A stretch of 64,000 bases of DNA from Nitrosopumilus sp. (GTDB taxonomy: Archaea > Thermoproteota > Nitrososphaeria > Nitrososphaerales > Nitrosopumilaceae): positions 1,216,001 through 1,280,000 of the forward strand of contig OZ245040.1 of assembly GCA_965224195.1 (NCBI GenBank), in the 5' to 3' direction. A model generated the notes under the pieces. That model ran no database searches and was not told where the DNA came from. It was given only the letters and a program-made list of their open reading frames with translations. This document shows, in pieces, positions 30,861-41,513 of the stretch. The position numbers and the translations under genes are program-made. Within the stretch, counting starts at the first letter, position 1, and every line of letters begins with the position of its first letter.

Positions 30861-31325
30861 TCAAAATAATATGTAATCTAACGCTGAAGCATCGCTAATT
30901 AATCTAGTATGTTTTGATCCTACAACATACCCGTTTTTGATATCACTTGCAGGTATCCATCTGTTTGTAGAGGAGTAATGTCTTTTTTCAGATATTTCCC
31001 TTTCAATTGCTTCAATATCAAATTCTGCCTCTTCAACCTGTTGAGTTGTTAGATGTTTGATAGTCACCATAATTTTTGTAACTTTTACTCGATCACCAAA
31101 CTTCCATTTTAGTACGGGGTTTTCATCAGAAACTTCCAATACTTTGATCTTCATCTGTTTTTTACCAAATGCATCATGACTGATTAGTGCTCTCTCATCG
31201 GTAAATTCTTCAAAACTTATTCTTGAATTAACTTCAGCATCAGAGACGGTTTCAAGTAAAGACTCTATTTTATTTTCAGATGATTCTTTATTGATATTAT
31301 CCTCAGACATACATCTGCTTGGCAT
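30861..31325 (-). CDS. Conserved hypothetical protein
   Basis: ORF; true start may be the MSED ATG. Confidence 0.65.
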   Translation of the reverse strand: MPSRCMSEDNINKESSENKIESLLETVSDAEVNSRISFEEFTDERALISHDAFGKKQMKIKVLEVSDENPVLKWKFGDRVKVTKIMVTIKHLTTQQVEEAEFDIEAIEREISEKRHYSSTNRWIPASDIKNGYVVGSKHTRLISDASALDYILF

Positions 31326-31360
31326 CTTTTACTTAAAAACGATTTGAAGATAAATTGACG

Positions 31361-31927
31361 TTAGGCACTAGTTCTTTGTTTTGTTTTAAAGGGCATTTTA
31401 CATTCCTCTAGAAAAAGTTCTTTTCTAGTACCATCTATTTTTGCAAAAAATTTCCCTTCATACATACATACACAGTCAGTAATTTCTAATGATTCATCCC
31501 ATATTTTGAAATATTCTCTTAATTCTCTACTTTCATATTTTCCAATATCAATTCTTTTTTTAGAAAGAAATTTGAATGCCAGTAATACTTTTCTTTTTTT
31601 GTAAATATCAAAAGTCTTGGTCCAATCTAAACAACGTTCAATTTGATCAAAAGGCACAGGTAATGATGTACTAGTTCCTGATTTTGCTTCTATTGCAAAA
31701 ATTGTACTTTCATTCGTATTTACGGCCAACACATCAGGTAATGCAATACTTGGTGAACCTAATCTGAATGCCCTCCATTGATCAGATCCATTGAATCGCT
31801 TTACAATAGTATCTTCCCAGTGATATCCTCGTTGTCTTCGTATTCGTGCAGATTTTTTGGTATCTTTGTTAATTTGAGGTGTTTTTTCTTCTTGAATTGT
31901 AATTGAACCTGACTTTCTTTTCAACAT
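31361..31927 (-). CDS. Holliday junction resolvase Hjc-like nuclease
   Basis: GYHWED..RLGSPS..PDVLAV..IEAKS. Confidence 0.75.
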   Translation of the reverse strand: MLKRKSGSITIQEEKTPQINKDTKKSARIRRQRGYHWEDTIVKRFNGSDQWRAFRLGSPSIALPDVLAVNTNESTIFAIEAKSGTSTSLPVPFDQIERCLDWTKTFDIYKKRKVLLAFKFLSKKRIDIGKYESRELREYFKIWDESLEITDCVCMYEGKFFAKIDGTRKELFLEECKMPFKTKQRTSA

Positions 31928-32075
31928 ATTATTTTATCTTCTTCTGTATAGTAAAGAAGGTAATTAGACAATAACCTGTTAAAAAATATGGTTAACAGAT
32001 CATTTTATTTGATTAATTTACGTTTAAAAAATTGTGAAATTTGTATTTAAGTAAGAATTTCTTAATAAAATTAAA

Positions 32076-32273
32076 TTGTCTAAATTAATTATTGAAAAAC
32101 TCTTGGAACAACGTGATGCATATCTGAATACACTAAAAAATTTGGATTTTGAATTAGCCATTGGAGAGGACTCAGATATTAAAAAAATAGATAAATTCAA
32201 AACCGATACTATTGAACAAATTAAAAAAGTAGAGCAAGAAATTGCATTTATTTATTTAAAAAATCCAAAATAG
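32076..32273 (+). CDS. Small coiled-coil hypothetical protein
   Basis: ORF only. Confidence 0.55.
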   Translation: MSKLIIEKLLEQRDAYLNTLKNLDFELAIGEDSDIKKIDKFKTDTIEQIKKVEQEIAFIYLKNPK

Positions 32274-32310
32274 GCACTGAGTTTATCAAACCCACAACAT
32301 TACTTGATTT

Positions 32311-33138
32311 ATGATTGATGTATTGATAGAAAATTTGATTCAAATCAAGCAAGAATTTACAAAAAAATACACAGGTAACGCTCACATACAGGAAGTATTA
32401 CCAAAAAATCAATCTACTAAATTTCCCATCGATGAAAAACATTTGAAACAGTTACATGATTTTATGGAAACAAACCCAATTTACTTTAATTCTTATGAAC
32501 AACGAATTTTAGATGTAGATTGTATTATCTATGAAGGAGACATTAACGAATATTGGTTAAACAGTATTAAACACGGCTCAAGTTGTCAGCCCTTTTACCC
32601 AACATGGATGATGTCAGCATATGTGATGACAAGCATTGCAAAAAAATTAAGGTATTCTGAATTGATAGATATTGGTTCAGGGGATGGGAGAATTGCATTT
32701 TGTGGTAATGTAATCGGAATGGATTCACATAGTATTGAAATTGATGATACTCTAGTTGAATTACAAAAAACAATTAGTACATATACTAATCAAAATTTTA
32801 ATCCGGTATGTCATGATGCATTAGAGTTTGATTATTCAAAATTAAATCTAAAAAAACCAATATTTTTCATTGGAGGTCTTGCTCAAATGGGGGGGGATGT
32901 TTTAGCTACAAGTATTATTGATAGGATTAATTCTATTGAACATTTGAGAAAAGAAACTGGAATTGTATTTGCAGGAACAAATACCAAACGACAACTATCT
33001 GGAAATTTAGAAAATGGAGGATGGAGTAATTTAATTGAAAAACATGATCTAAAAGTTATCGATACTGTTTCATTACCTACAATTTGGACTTTTGATCAAG
33101 ATGTTGAAACACCATACATCTTTACAGAATTCAAATAA
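32311..33138 (+). CDS. SAM-dependent methyltransferase-like protein
   Basis: IDIGSGDGR motif I, SIEID. Confidence 0.65.
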   Translation: MIDVLIENLIQIKQEFTKKYTGNAHIQEVLPKNQSTKFPIDEKHLKQLHDFMETNPIYFNSYEQRILDVDCIIYEGDINEYWLNSIKHGSSCQPFYPTWMMSAYVMTSIAKKLRYSELIDIGSGDGRIAFCGNVIGMDSHSIEIDDTLVELQKTISTYTNQNFNPVCHDALEFDYSKLNLKKPIFFIGGLAQMGGDVLATSIIDRINSIEHLRKETGIVFAGTNTKRQLSGNLENGGWSNLIEKHDLKVIDTVSLPTIWTFDQDVETPYIFTEFK

Positions 33139-33439
33139 CTTGAAAAAAATAATTTCCATTATTAATCCCACATTTTGAAATTTTTACATATTTTCCTATT
33201 TCCGGAGTAACCGAAATCTTGGCTATTATCCTAATAGTATTTTCAAACTCTACCATGCAGAAAAACTGATCATTTTGCCTTGAAAATTCAATAATTTCAC
33301 CTTCAAAATCTCCTTCTTTTAGATGAACATTTCCAAAACAATGATTACAAATCTCCGATGGTGGCCATACAATTTTTTTACATTCATCACATTCTGGAAT
33401 ACAGAATTTACCTTCAACTAATTTACCTTCAAAACTCAT
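33131..33439 (-). CDS. DUF35 Zn-ribbon/OB-fold partner of thiolase
   Basis: CDEC..WPP..CNHC; adjacent to thiolase. Confidence 0.85.
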   Translation of the reverse strand: MSFEGKLVEGKFCIPECDECKKIVWPPSEICNHCFGNVHLKEGDFEGEIIEFSRQNDQFFCMVEFENTIRIIAKISVTPEIGKYVKISKCGINNGNYFFQVI

Positions 33440-34554
33440 TTCTCTAATACCAATACAGTTGAAGATGTTGCAGCAGCTGACATATTATGAACTAATCCTA
33501 CTTGTGGATTTTCTGTTTGCCTATTCCCTGCATTTAATTGAAGTTGTTGTATAATTTCAATAGTTTGTGCAATTCCAGTAGCACCTAAAGGATGTCCTGT
33601 ACCAATTAAACCTCCTCTTGGATTAATTTTAAAATTATTTGTCTCGTGTAACTCTTTAACCATATCTGTACCTTTTCCATTATTTACAAATCCTAGAGAT
33701 TCTAGTGCCATAGGTTCACAAACAGAAAATGCATCGTGAATTTCTGCAACATCTATGTTTTTAATATTTTTATCAGCCATTTTTAATGCTGCTTGACCTG
33801 CAAGTTTTGTAGATTCCATTGAACTAAATGAAATATTTTTTGTAAATCCTGCTGAAATTGTTTTTTGGCCAATCCCTGTTAACCATACTGGGTTTTCTGA
33901 TAGTTGACTAATTTTTTCTTCTGAACCAAGAATTATGGATGCGCTACCGGTACATGGTCTGGAACAATCAAGTAATCTTAGATCCTCTGTTAGTTTTTTA
34001 GAATTTAAGACGTCATCTATTGAATATGTTTTGTTTGACAACGCATTTGGATTATTTTTTGCTTGTTTGTGATTTTTAACAGATACAACTGCTAATTGTT
34101 CATCAGAAATTCTATATTCTCGTTTGTATGATTTTGCAAATATCGATGCCCAAAATATTGGATGTTTGTATTCCCCTCGGGAATTATCCCATTCTAAAAT
34201 TTGGCCTGGACTATCATATCTTTCAGCACCCGACACTAACACCATATCTGCCAAACCTGACGCTATGTAAGAATATGCTGAAACTATAGAATTTGTGCCT
34301 GAATTACATAGGCTTTCTATGGTATGAGATGTATTAGGTTGAATTCCTGCCATTTCTGACAATATGGGGGAGAGATATTTTGAATTGTTATTTGTAGACA
34401 CTAAAACTGCATCTACATCATTTCTATTAATTTCAGGATTGTTTTTGAAAAGTTCTTTTGTTGAATTTAGTAAGACTGTTTCAATTTTTTGATCATCTTT
34501 TGAAAATGGAGTTATCCCATACCCAACTATTCCAACTTTATTCATTTCATTCAT
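33436..34554 (-). CDS. Thiolase-family protein (acetyl-CoA C-acyltransferase-like)
   Basis: ESLCNSG, EIHDAF, INPRGGLIGTGHPLGATG. Confidence 0.92.
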   Translation of the reverse strand: MNEMNKVGIVGYGITPFSKDDQKIETVLLNSTKELFKNNPEINRNDVDAVLVSTNNNSKYLSPILSEMAGIQPNTSHTIESLCNSGTNSIVSAYSYIASGLADMVLVSGAERYDSPGQILEWDNSRGEYKHPIFWASIFAKSYKREYRISDEQLAVVSVKNHKQAKNNPNALSNKTYSIDDVLNSKKLTEDLRLLDCSRPCTGSASIILGSEEKISQLSENPVWLTGIGQKTISAGFTKNISFSSMESTKLAGQAALKMADKNIKNIDVAEIHDAFSVCEPMALESLGFVNNGKGTDMVKELHETNNFKINPRGGLIGTGHPLGATGIAQTIEIIQQLQLNAGNRQTENPQVGLVHNMSAAATSSTVLVLEK

Positions 34555-35512
34555 CCAAAAATGTTTTCTTAAATAATTGGAAAGAATCTAATGTTTTTCC
34601 AATGGGGTTAAATTGTAAAATAGGCTGGTCAATCCCTACACTAACAAAATCATTTAATTGTTTCTTACATTGTTCAGATGTACCGCATATTGTAAGTGAT
34701 TTTAACATGGAATCTGAAACTAATTCATGATTTGATTTGAATCCTGATTTTTTAAATTCTTCAAAAATATTTTTTGTTTCAGATAAATATCCATTTTTTG
34801 CTAAAAATTCTCGATATATTTCTCCAACGGAAATATAGAAGGCAATTGTTTTTTTAGCTCTTTGAATCGCTTTTTTAGAATCTTCTGAAACACAAGTAAT
34901 CAATTGACATGTAACATCAATCTGTTTCTTTGATTGCATTTTTGATATTGTTTCTTTCATTTCATTTAATGGTCGAAGGTAGAAAATTACCCCATCACCA
35001 ACATTCCAAGCTAAATCTACCATTTTTTTGTTAATTGCTGCAACATAAATTGGAATTTTATTTCTTTGTGGTTTTATTAATAATGTAAAATTATTTAATT
35101 TAAAAATATCTCCATCATAATTGATTTGTTTGCCTGATAATGCGAGACGAATAATTTCTACATATTCTTTCATTCTTTGTAGAGGGTTTTCAAATTTGTT
35201 CCCATGAAAAGATTCTACAATAGGAACACTACTAGTCCCCAACCCTAAAACCAATCTTCCATCAGATAGTGAATCTATTGTTGCAGCACCCATGGCGATA
35301 GTTGATGGACTTCTAGAATAGATGTTAATTATTGATGAGCCTATTTTTTGAATACTAGTTTTTGATGAGACTGCCCCTAATATGGAAAAGTTCTCCATTC
35401 CCCAGGTCTCAGGAACCCAAATAGTGTCTGTTTTTGTCTGTGAAATAATTTCTGAGCATTGTAATACCTCATCTATTGAGAGTAATGATCCCAGACTACA
35501 TGCCACACGCAT
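34547..35512 (-). CDS. LLM-class (luciferase-like, flavin/F420-dependent) oxidoreductase
   Basis: WVPE, YSRSPSTIAM, LSDGRLVLGLG. Confidence 0.9.
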   Translation of the reverse strand: MRVACSLGSLLSIDEVLQCSEIISQTKTDTIWVPETWGMENFSILGAVSSKTSIQKIGSSIINIYSRSPSTIAMGAATIDSLSDGRLVLGLGTSSVPIVESFHGNKFENPLQRMKEYVEIIRLALSGKQINYDGDIFKLNNFTLLIKPQRNKIPIYVAAINKKMVDLAWNVGDGVIFYLRPLNEMKETISKMQSKKQIDVTCQLITCVSEDSKKAIQRAKKTIAFYISVGEIYREFLAKNGYLSETKNIFEEFKKSGFKSNHELVSDSMLKSLTICGTSEQCKKQLNDFVSVGIDQPILQFNPIGKTLDSFQLFKKTFLDE

Positions 35513-35770
35513 GAATTTAGTATGACTTTTGAATATTCTAGTGTATCTGTTTTAGTAATAGGTTAATTTTGATTGAGGCCGAGGATTATCAGATCAAAAC
35601 ATAATGAAAATTATGAGTCTACAACTATTCTCAGAAAAACATGCAGAAAAAGCATCCTTTTGGGATGATGCCACAAAATATGCCTCAATTAGCAAAGATG
35701 AATCATTTGTTGAAGAAATAGCATATTGTATGGTCACACTACATAGAACAGGTGCATAAATTTCAAAAAT

Positions 35771-36439
35771 CTATTTTATTATTTTCTCTACTTCTGAAGA
35801 ACATTCTTCCATATCTTTGAATGAATCAACTGAATACCATTTTACGTTTTTAAATTTTACAAGATGAAGTTTTCCATTTTTGGCATAATCTGGAAAAATG
35901 GTTTTTTCAATATCTCCTTTAGTAGGCAAGTCTTTTAGAATATTTTTTTGAAGATGATATATCCCGGCATTCATCCATAAATCAGAAATTTCTTTCTTTT
36001 CTTTAAATTGGGTAATTTTATCATTCTTTGTTTCTAAAATTCCAAATTTTGTTCTCAACTCTACAGCAGCTATAGAGTTATCAATTTTTGATAATTTTTT
36101 TAAATCAATATTTGTAATAGTGTCGCCATTGATTACAAAAAATGATTTGTCTTTAATCATTTTTGCAGCTTTTTTAATTGCTCCACCAGTTCCTAGGGGG
36201 GATTTTTCTATAGAGTATTTTATTTTAATTCCAATTTTTTTTGAGTCTAAATAATTTTCAATCATCTCTTGTTTGTATCCTGTACATATGATAACTTCAT
36301 CAATTTCAAATTTTTTTAAATATTTTAATTGCCATTCTATGATTGGAATATTTTTAATCGGCACTAGGGGTTTTGGAACATAATCTGTAATGGGTCTTAA
36401 TCTTTTACCTCTACCTCCAGCTAAAATTATGGCTTTCAT
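35771..36439 (-). CDS. Sugar-phosphate nucleotidyltransferase
   Basis: ILAGGRGKRLRPIT..PKPL, GTGGAI, NGD. Confidence 0.92.
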   Translation of the reverse strand: MKAIILAGGRGKRLRPITDYVPKPLVPIKNIPIIEWQLKYLKKFEIDEVIICTGYKQEMIENYLDSKKIGIKIKYSIEKSPLGTGGAIKKAAKMIKDKSFFVINGDTITNIDLKKLSKIDNSIAAVELRTKFGILETKNDKITQFKEKKEISDLWMNAGIYHLQKNILKDLPTKGDIEKTIFPDYAKNGKLHLVKFKNVKWYSVDSFKDMEECSSEVEKIIK

Positions 36440-36688
36440 CTATTTTTTGGGGGGTTTTTCAGGTTTTATGTTTTCAGAATTTACAAGATCTTCCATTTTT
36501 TTTGCAAACTCATTGTATATTTTTTCAAGATCTTTTAATGGCATCTCAATACCCAATAATTTCATCGTTTTATTCCAAGATTCAATATATTTCTCATCAT
36601 CTAGTCCTTTCCCGAGAGTTTCTGCAATAGAATGAACTCCTTCAGTTTTTCCTAGAGCGTAAATTGCAATATCTTTGTCAGTTAGCAA
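36440..36688 (-). CDS. Conserved hypothetical protein
   Basis: ORF in operon. Confidence 0.6.
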   Translation of the reverse strand: MLTDKDIAIYALGKTEGVHSIAETLGKGLDDEKYIESWNKTMKLLGIEMPLKDLEKIYNEFAKKMEDLVNSENIKPEKPPKK

Positions 36689-36816
36689 GATTTTTTACTT
36701 TCTGTAAGGTAATAGTGTAATTCAGTATAGCATTCCACACAATAGTCTTCAAATTTAGTATGGTCACAATCATACACCTTGTTTACATCATTTTCACATT
36801 TTGCACAAGTAGTCAT
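36682..36816 (-). CDS. 44-aa Cys-rich microprotein
   Basis: MTTCAKCENDVNKVYDCDHTKFEDYCVECYTELHYYLTE. Confidence 0.6.
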   Translation of the reverse strand: MTTCAKCENDVNKVYDCDHTKFEDYCVECYTELHYYLTESKKSC

Positions 36817-36825
36817 GCTAATTGT

Positions 36826-37218
36826 TTAAGATTTTTTGATTTTAAGTATGCCTAAACCGATTTGAATTGAACCTACAACAATTAATGGGGCTGCTTCGGC
36901 CATTACATCTCTTCCAGACTCTTCAGCTGCTACAGGATCTGCATTGTCAATAACAACGGCTCCGCCCACTATGATCAAAATACCTGCAATTATGATCAAT
37001 CCGCCTAATCCTTTAGATGGTTCTTTTCTAGAAATAAAATATGCGATAAACGGCAAAATTAATGTCGGACTACCAATGGCCATACCTCTAATTTTATGAT
37101 CAAAAGGAATGAAACCTTCGCCACTATCAGAACTTAATCCAACGGCAACATCTGCTCCATAAACTACCAATAATGCAATTGCAATTCCAGTAAGGATTAA
37201 TGCAGGGGTTAAAGCCAT
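36826..37218 (-). CDS. Four-TM membrane protein
   Basis: Hydrophobic segments. Confidence 0.7.
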   Translation of the reverse strand: MALTPALILTGIAIALLVVYGADVAVGLSSDSGEGFIPFDHKIRGMAIGSPTLILPFIAYFISRKEPSKGLGGLIIIAGILIIVGGAVVIDNADPVAAEESGRDVMAEAAPLIVVGSIQIGLGILKIKKS

Positions 37219-37248
37219 ACACAAATTCCCTTTCATCAATTAATAAAT

Positions 37249-38394
37249 CTAATTAGAAGATTTGATAACTATTTTTGGTAATAGCAATTGTAGGGCGTTC
37301 AAAAGATCATGAATTGACTCATCTTGCATTCCGACAATATTGATATGGCCTAGTTTTCGTAAAGGTTTTGAAATTTTCTTACCATACATTTTTAAAAACA
37401 CTCCCGATTCAGATATCTCTAGAGGCAGGTATTCTCCAGTAAAACTATCATCCCCCAAAATATTGTACATTATAGAATTATGCTTTAATTTGGTACTTCC
37501 TAGTTCCATGCCCAAAATTGCCCTTAGATGTTGTTCAAATTGAGATGTTTCACTAGATTGTAATGTATGATGTCCAGAATTATGAACTCTAGGAGCGATT
37601 TCATTAATCATCACATCGTCATTGTTAGTTACAAACATCTCTATGCCAAATATCCCTGCCCCTTTTAATACGGACATTGTTTTCTCAGCTATTTTTTCTG
37701 CTTTCTCTGAAATATTTTTAGAAACTCTAGCAGGAGCTATAGTTTCTCTCAAAATATTTTCTTTATGAATATTTTCAACTAGAGGATATGTTTTGATTTG
37801 CCCTTTTGTATTTCTTGATGCAATTACAGAAACTTCCATTCTAAATGGTACAAATTTTTCTAAAAGTAAGGGCTGACCTTTAAAATAATCAAATGCAGTT
37901 TGGATCTCTTCTTCAGAATTAATTTTAAAATTTCCGCGTCCATCATATGCATCTCTACGTGCTTTTAGCATGGCAGGAATTCCGAATTTTTTTAAACCTG
38001 TTTTAACATCATCGATATTTTTTATTTCAATAAATTCAGGAACTGAAATATCATTTTCTCTAAGGAATGATTTTTGTAAAAATTTGTCTTGAATTATTTT
38101 TAATGTGTCTGGGGAAGGGTTAATTTCAGATTTATATTCTACAGATTTTAAAACGTCACTGTCTCCGGATTCAATCTCATAGGTAATGATGTCACACTTT
38201 GTTGCCAAATCAATTATTGCCTTGTGGTCTTTAAAATCAGCAATAATTTGCGTAGCTCCAACTTGTACTGCAGGACAATTTTCAGTAGGATCTAGTACGA
38301 TAATTTCAGATATTTCATCAGGCATTTTTTTGGCAGCTTCTGTAATCATCATTCCTAATTGACCCCCACCAATAAGTCCCAGGATTTTTCCCAT
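37249..38394 (-). CDS. purK: N5-CAIR synthase
   Basis: GGGQLGMM, AYDGRGN, NEIAPRVHNSGH, SQFEQHLRA, RKLGH. Confidence 0.96.
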   Translation of the reverse strand: MGKILGLIGGGQLGMMITEAAKKMPDEISEIIVLDPTENCPAVQVGATQIIADFKDHKAIIDLATKCDIITYEIESGDSDVLKSVEYKSEINPSPDTLKIIQDKFLQKSFLRENDISVPEFIEIKNIDDVKTGLKKFGIPAMLKARRDAYDGRGNFKINSEEEIQTAFDYFKGQPLLLEKFVPFRMEVSVIASRNTKGQIKTYPLVENIHKENILRETIAPARVSKNISEKAEKIAEKTMSVLKGAGIFGIEMFVTNNDDVMINEIAPRVHNSGHHTLQSSETSQFEQHLRAILGMELGSTKLKHNSIMYNILGDDSFTGEYLPLEISESGVFLKMYGKKISKPLRKLGHINIVGMQDESIHDLLNALQLLLPKIVIKSSN

Positions 38395-38499
38395 ATCACA
38401 ATGATATTTTTCGATTAAAAAAATCTAATGTCGATATACGAAATATATCTGAATTTTTGTAATAGAATTGTTAATTACTCTCTAGTTTTTCATATTATC

Positions 38500-39075
38500 A
38501 TGGCATATTCTAAAAAACCCCTTGTTGGAATTATTATGGGATCAAGTTCTGATAGTAGAATTATGCAAGAGGCAGCAGAAATTTTAGATGAGTATAAAAT
38601 TAAACATGAAGATCAAATCGTATCGGCACATAGAACTCCTGCGAGATTGGCAGAATATGCTAAACATGCAGAAAAAATGGGATTTAAAATCATTATTGCT
38701 GGTGCAGGAGGAGCTGCGCATTTACCTGGAATGATTGCATCTCACACAACAATACCTGTAATTGGAGTACCAATTCTTGTTTACAATGACAAGCATCACA
38801 AAAAAACAAATACTGAAAAATTTTCTGCATTTGGTGGTTTGGATTCATTATTATCCATAACTGAAATGCCGTCTGGTTCTTCAGTAGTTGTAGTTGGAGT
38901 AAACAAAGCAGGTAATGCTGGGATATATGCAATGAAAATTCTTGCAAATGAATTTTCAAGTTTGAAAAAGGAATTAAAACAACACAAATCAAATCAACAT
39001 GATTCTGTTATGAAAGAATCAGATCAATTAAAGAAACAAGGTCTTTCAAAATTTGCAAAGAAAAAGTTCAAGTGA
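38500..39075 (+). CDS. purE: N5-CAIR mutase
   Basis: IMGSSSD, SAHRTP, IAGAGGAAHLPGM; ATG at 38500 preferred. Confidence 0.96.
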   Translation: MAYSKKPLVGIIMGSSSDSRIMQEAAEILDEYKIKHEDQIVSAHRTPARLAEYAKHAEKMGFKIIIAGAGGAAHLPGMIASHTTIPVIGVPILVYNDKHHKKTNTEKFSAFGGLDSLLSITEMPSGSSVVVVGVNKAGNAGIYAMKILANEFSSLKKELKQHKSNQHDSVMKESDQLKKQGLSKFAKKKFK

Positions 39076-39076
39076 T

Positions 39077-40285
39077 CTAAGTCAATAAAGTGAATTGGAT
39101 GTTCTTCTTCTTTAATGAATTAATTAGCAATTGAGCTTGTTCTTTTCCTTGTATTTCTAGACTTAATGTAACTCCTGCAGAACCTGCATCAATATCCGAA
39201 CTTAGTCTGTCATGCACAACTTCGATAATGTTGGCATTGGCTAGAGATATTTCATATATAACGTCTTTGAAAGCACCAGGTCTATCAGGCAACAATACAG
39301 AGATTTTAAGCAATCTTCCCATTGCGGCCAACCCTTTGTCTACAATTTGTCCTAAAAGATACATGTCTACATTTCCACCAGCCAAAACAGCTACAACTTT
39401 CTTTCCTACTGCTGGTTTTTTTGATATCAAATACGCTAAACTTGAAGCACCTGCAGGTTCCACTACAAACTTCATTCTCTCCATTAGTAGAAACATTGCC
39501 TTTATGATTTCAACATCATCTACTAGAACTATTTCATCTATCAGTTCTTTTATTATTGTAAATGTCAATTGTCCTGGAACTTTAACAGAAATACCATCAG
39601 CTATAGTTCTATCCCCTCCACTAGAAATGATAGACCCTTGTTTTACTGAATCATACATTGATGGGAATGATTTTGATTGTACTCCTATAACTTTGATTTT
39701 TGGGTTTTTTTCTTTAATTGCAATTAAAGTACCTGCTGCCAATCCGCCACCACCTATAGGTACATAAATCTCATCTACATCTGGTAAATCCTCTAGTATT
39801 TCTAATCCAATTACTCCTTGTGCAGCAATTATTTGTGGATCATCAAATGCATGAATCATAATGGCACCTGTTTCTTTTGCTATTTCTTTTGCTCTAGATG
39901 ATGATTCATCATAGTTTACACCCTCCAAAATTACATTTGCACCATAACCTCTAGTTGCAGCTACTTTTGCAGGAGATGCATTTTTTGGCATTACAATAGT
40001 ACATGGAATTTTTTCTAATGATGCTGCAAATGCAACACCTTGTCCATGATTCCCTGCTGAAGCTGCAACTACACCGTGTTTTTTTTCTTCATCTGATAAT
40101 GATTTAATTTTAAAATAGGCTCCACGAATTTTAAACGAACCAGTTTTTTGTCTAAATTCTGCTTTTAGATATACATCGGATCCTGTTAACTCACTAAATG
40201 TAGGAGTATGTATCAGAGGCGTTTTCTTTATTTCATTTCCTCTTAATGCATTTGCCGTTAGTATATCATCAAATGTAGGGTTCAT
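39077..40285 (-). CDS. ilvA: Threonine ammonia-lyase with ACT domain
   Basis: TGSFKIRGA, ASAGNHGQG, GGGGL, LPDRPG. Confidence 0.93.
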   Translation of the reverse strand: MNPTFDDILTANALRGNEIKKTPLIHTPTFSELTGSDVYLKAEFRQKTGSFKIRGAYFKIKSLSDEEKKHGVVAASAGNHGQGVAFAASLEKIPCTIVMPKNASPAKVAATRGYGANVILEGVNYDESSSRAKEIAKETGAIMIHAFDDPQIIAAQGVIGLEILEDLPDVDEIYVPIGGGGLAAGTLIAIKEKNPKIKVIGVQSKSFPSMYDSVKQGSIISSGGDRTIADGISVKVPGQLTFTIIKELIDEIVLVDDVEIIKAMFLLMERMKFVVEPAGASSLAYLISKKPAVGKKVVAVLAGGNVDMYLLGQIVDKGLAAMGRLLKISVLLPDRPGAFKDVIYEISLANANIIEVVHDRLSSDIDAGSAGVTLSLEIQGKEQAQLLINSLKKKNIQFTLLT

Positions 40286-40467
40286 TGGAAATGATGCTAT
40301 TGATTTGGCGTATTTGTCTTCTTCTATCTAAAAATTGTATTTTTAGTCAAATTTTACGCATAAAATTGAGGAATGCCTAAATAGTTAAAAAATCTCGTTG
40401 AAAGTATATCCAGTGGCCGAATCTCCCCTTTGAGATAATATCTCATTTTTCGGTCACTTGGGTTTTA

Positions 40468-41307
40468 TTATGATGAAATGATTGTTCCAAGTTCAGTTAA
40501 TCTTTTTAGAATATTCTCTTTTACAGCATCTGAAATTTTTCTAGGATCAAATACCCCTTCACGGTTACCGTTTTTAACAAATTCTAAATCTAATGAAAGT
40601 AAACATCCTTCTTCACCTGAAACCAATCTAGGATCATCAATTAACACAGGAGATGTTTGATAAATTTCAAGTAAAAGTGAATCTAGTTCTGAAAATAATT
40701 TAATCTTTTTTTCAGACAATTCTTGAAAATCAACTCCTGCATCTTTTTGAATTTCCGCAAATACTTTTTCTCTAAATTCATTATTTTCATAAAATACCTC
40801 AAATAGTTTTTGATGATCAAAATCTTTGTATCCCATCTCTTTTAATTTATTTAATACTAATTGATCACTGCTATCTGAAAGTTGCTCCTGTTCATTTTTA
40901 GTTAAATCTACAATTTCTGCTAGTTCTTTCTGACAATCAATTACTCTTTGATCTGGCTTATAATACAACAATACATGAAATTGTAAAGATATGTGTCCTG
41001 ATATCAAGTAGTTTCCTTCGTTAATCTCAAATTTTGTAAAAATTCTCCTAACATCCTGATTGTTTGTAATGGATACATCTTGAACAGACCATTCTTTGAG
41101 AGAATCATTAATTTTTTGAAAATAATCTGTAACTTGTTTTGGATCAAATGTTTTTTGATCTGTAATGGTTGAATCACCCAGCATTACTTTGACATCAATC
41201 ATTTTTGTAAAATCTACCATTTTTGGAAGATATAATTTTTGAATTGATTCATTCTTTTCATTTAAGATTTGAATAAATTCATTAGTTGATCGGGAACCTA
41301 ATCTCAC
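40468..41307 (-). CDS. Conserved hypothetical protein
   Basis: 279-aa ORF. Confidence 0.7.
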   Translation of the reverse strand: MRLGSRSTNEFIQILNEKNESIQKLYLPKMVDFTKMIDVKVMLGDSTITDQKTFDPKQVTDYFQKINDSLKEWSVQDVSITNNQDVRRIFTKFEINEGNYLISGHISLQFHVLLYYKPDQRVIDCQKELAEIVDLTKNEQEQLSDSSDQLVLNKLKEMGYKDFDHQKLFEVFYENNEFREKVFAEIQKDAGVDFQELSEKKIKLFSELDSLLLEIYQTSPVLIDDPRLVSGEEGCLLSLDLEFVKNGNREGVFDPRKISDAVKENILKRLTELGTIISS

Positions 41308-41380
41308 AGGGAATATCTAAAAAATGCTCTCCTTAAACCTTCATCCGTAAATCTAAATAGATTAAAACGGTATCATAGGT

Positions 41381-41503
41381 ATGGAAAATTCAAAAATTAT
41401 TTGCGATAATTGTAGTGCAGATATTACAGAATATTATCATGAGGGATACAAGGGTAACAGAGGTAAGTGCTTACAATGTGGAGTGGATTTTCCTCTAGAA
41501 TAA
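41381..41503 (+). CDS. 40-aa zinc-ribbon microprotein
   Basis: MENSKIICDNC..GKCLQCGVDFPLE. Confidence 0.6.
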   Translation: MENSKIICDNCSADITEYYHEGYKGNRGKCLQCGVDFPLE

Positions 41504-41513
41504 GGTGATTTGA

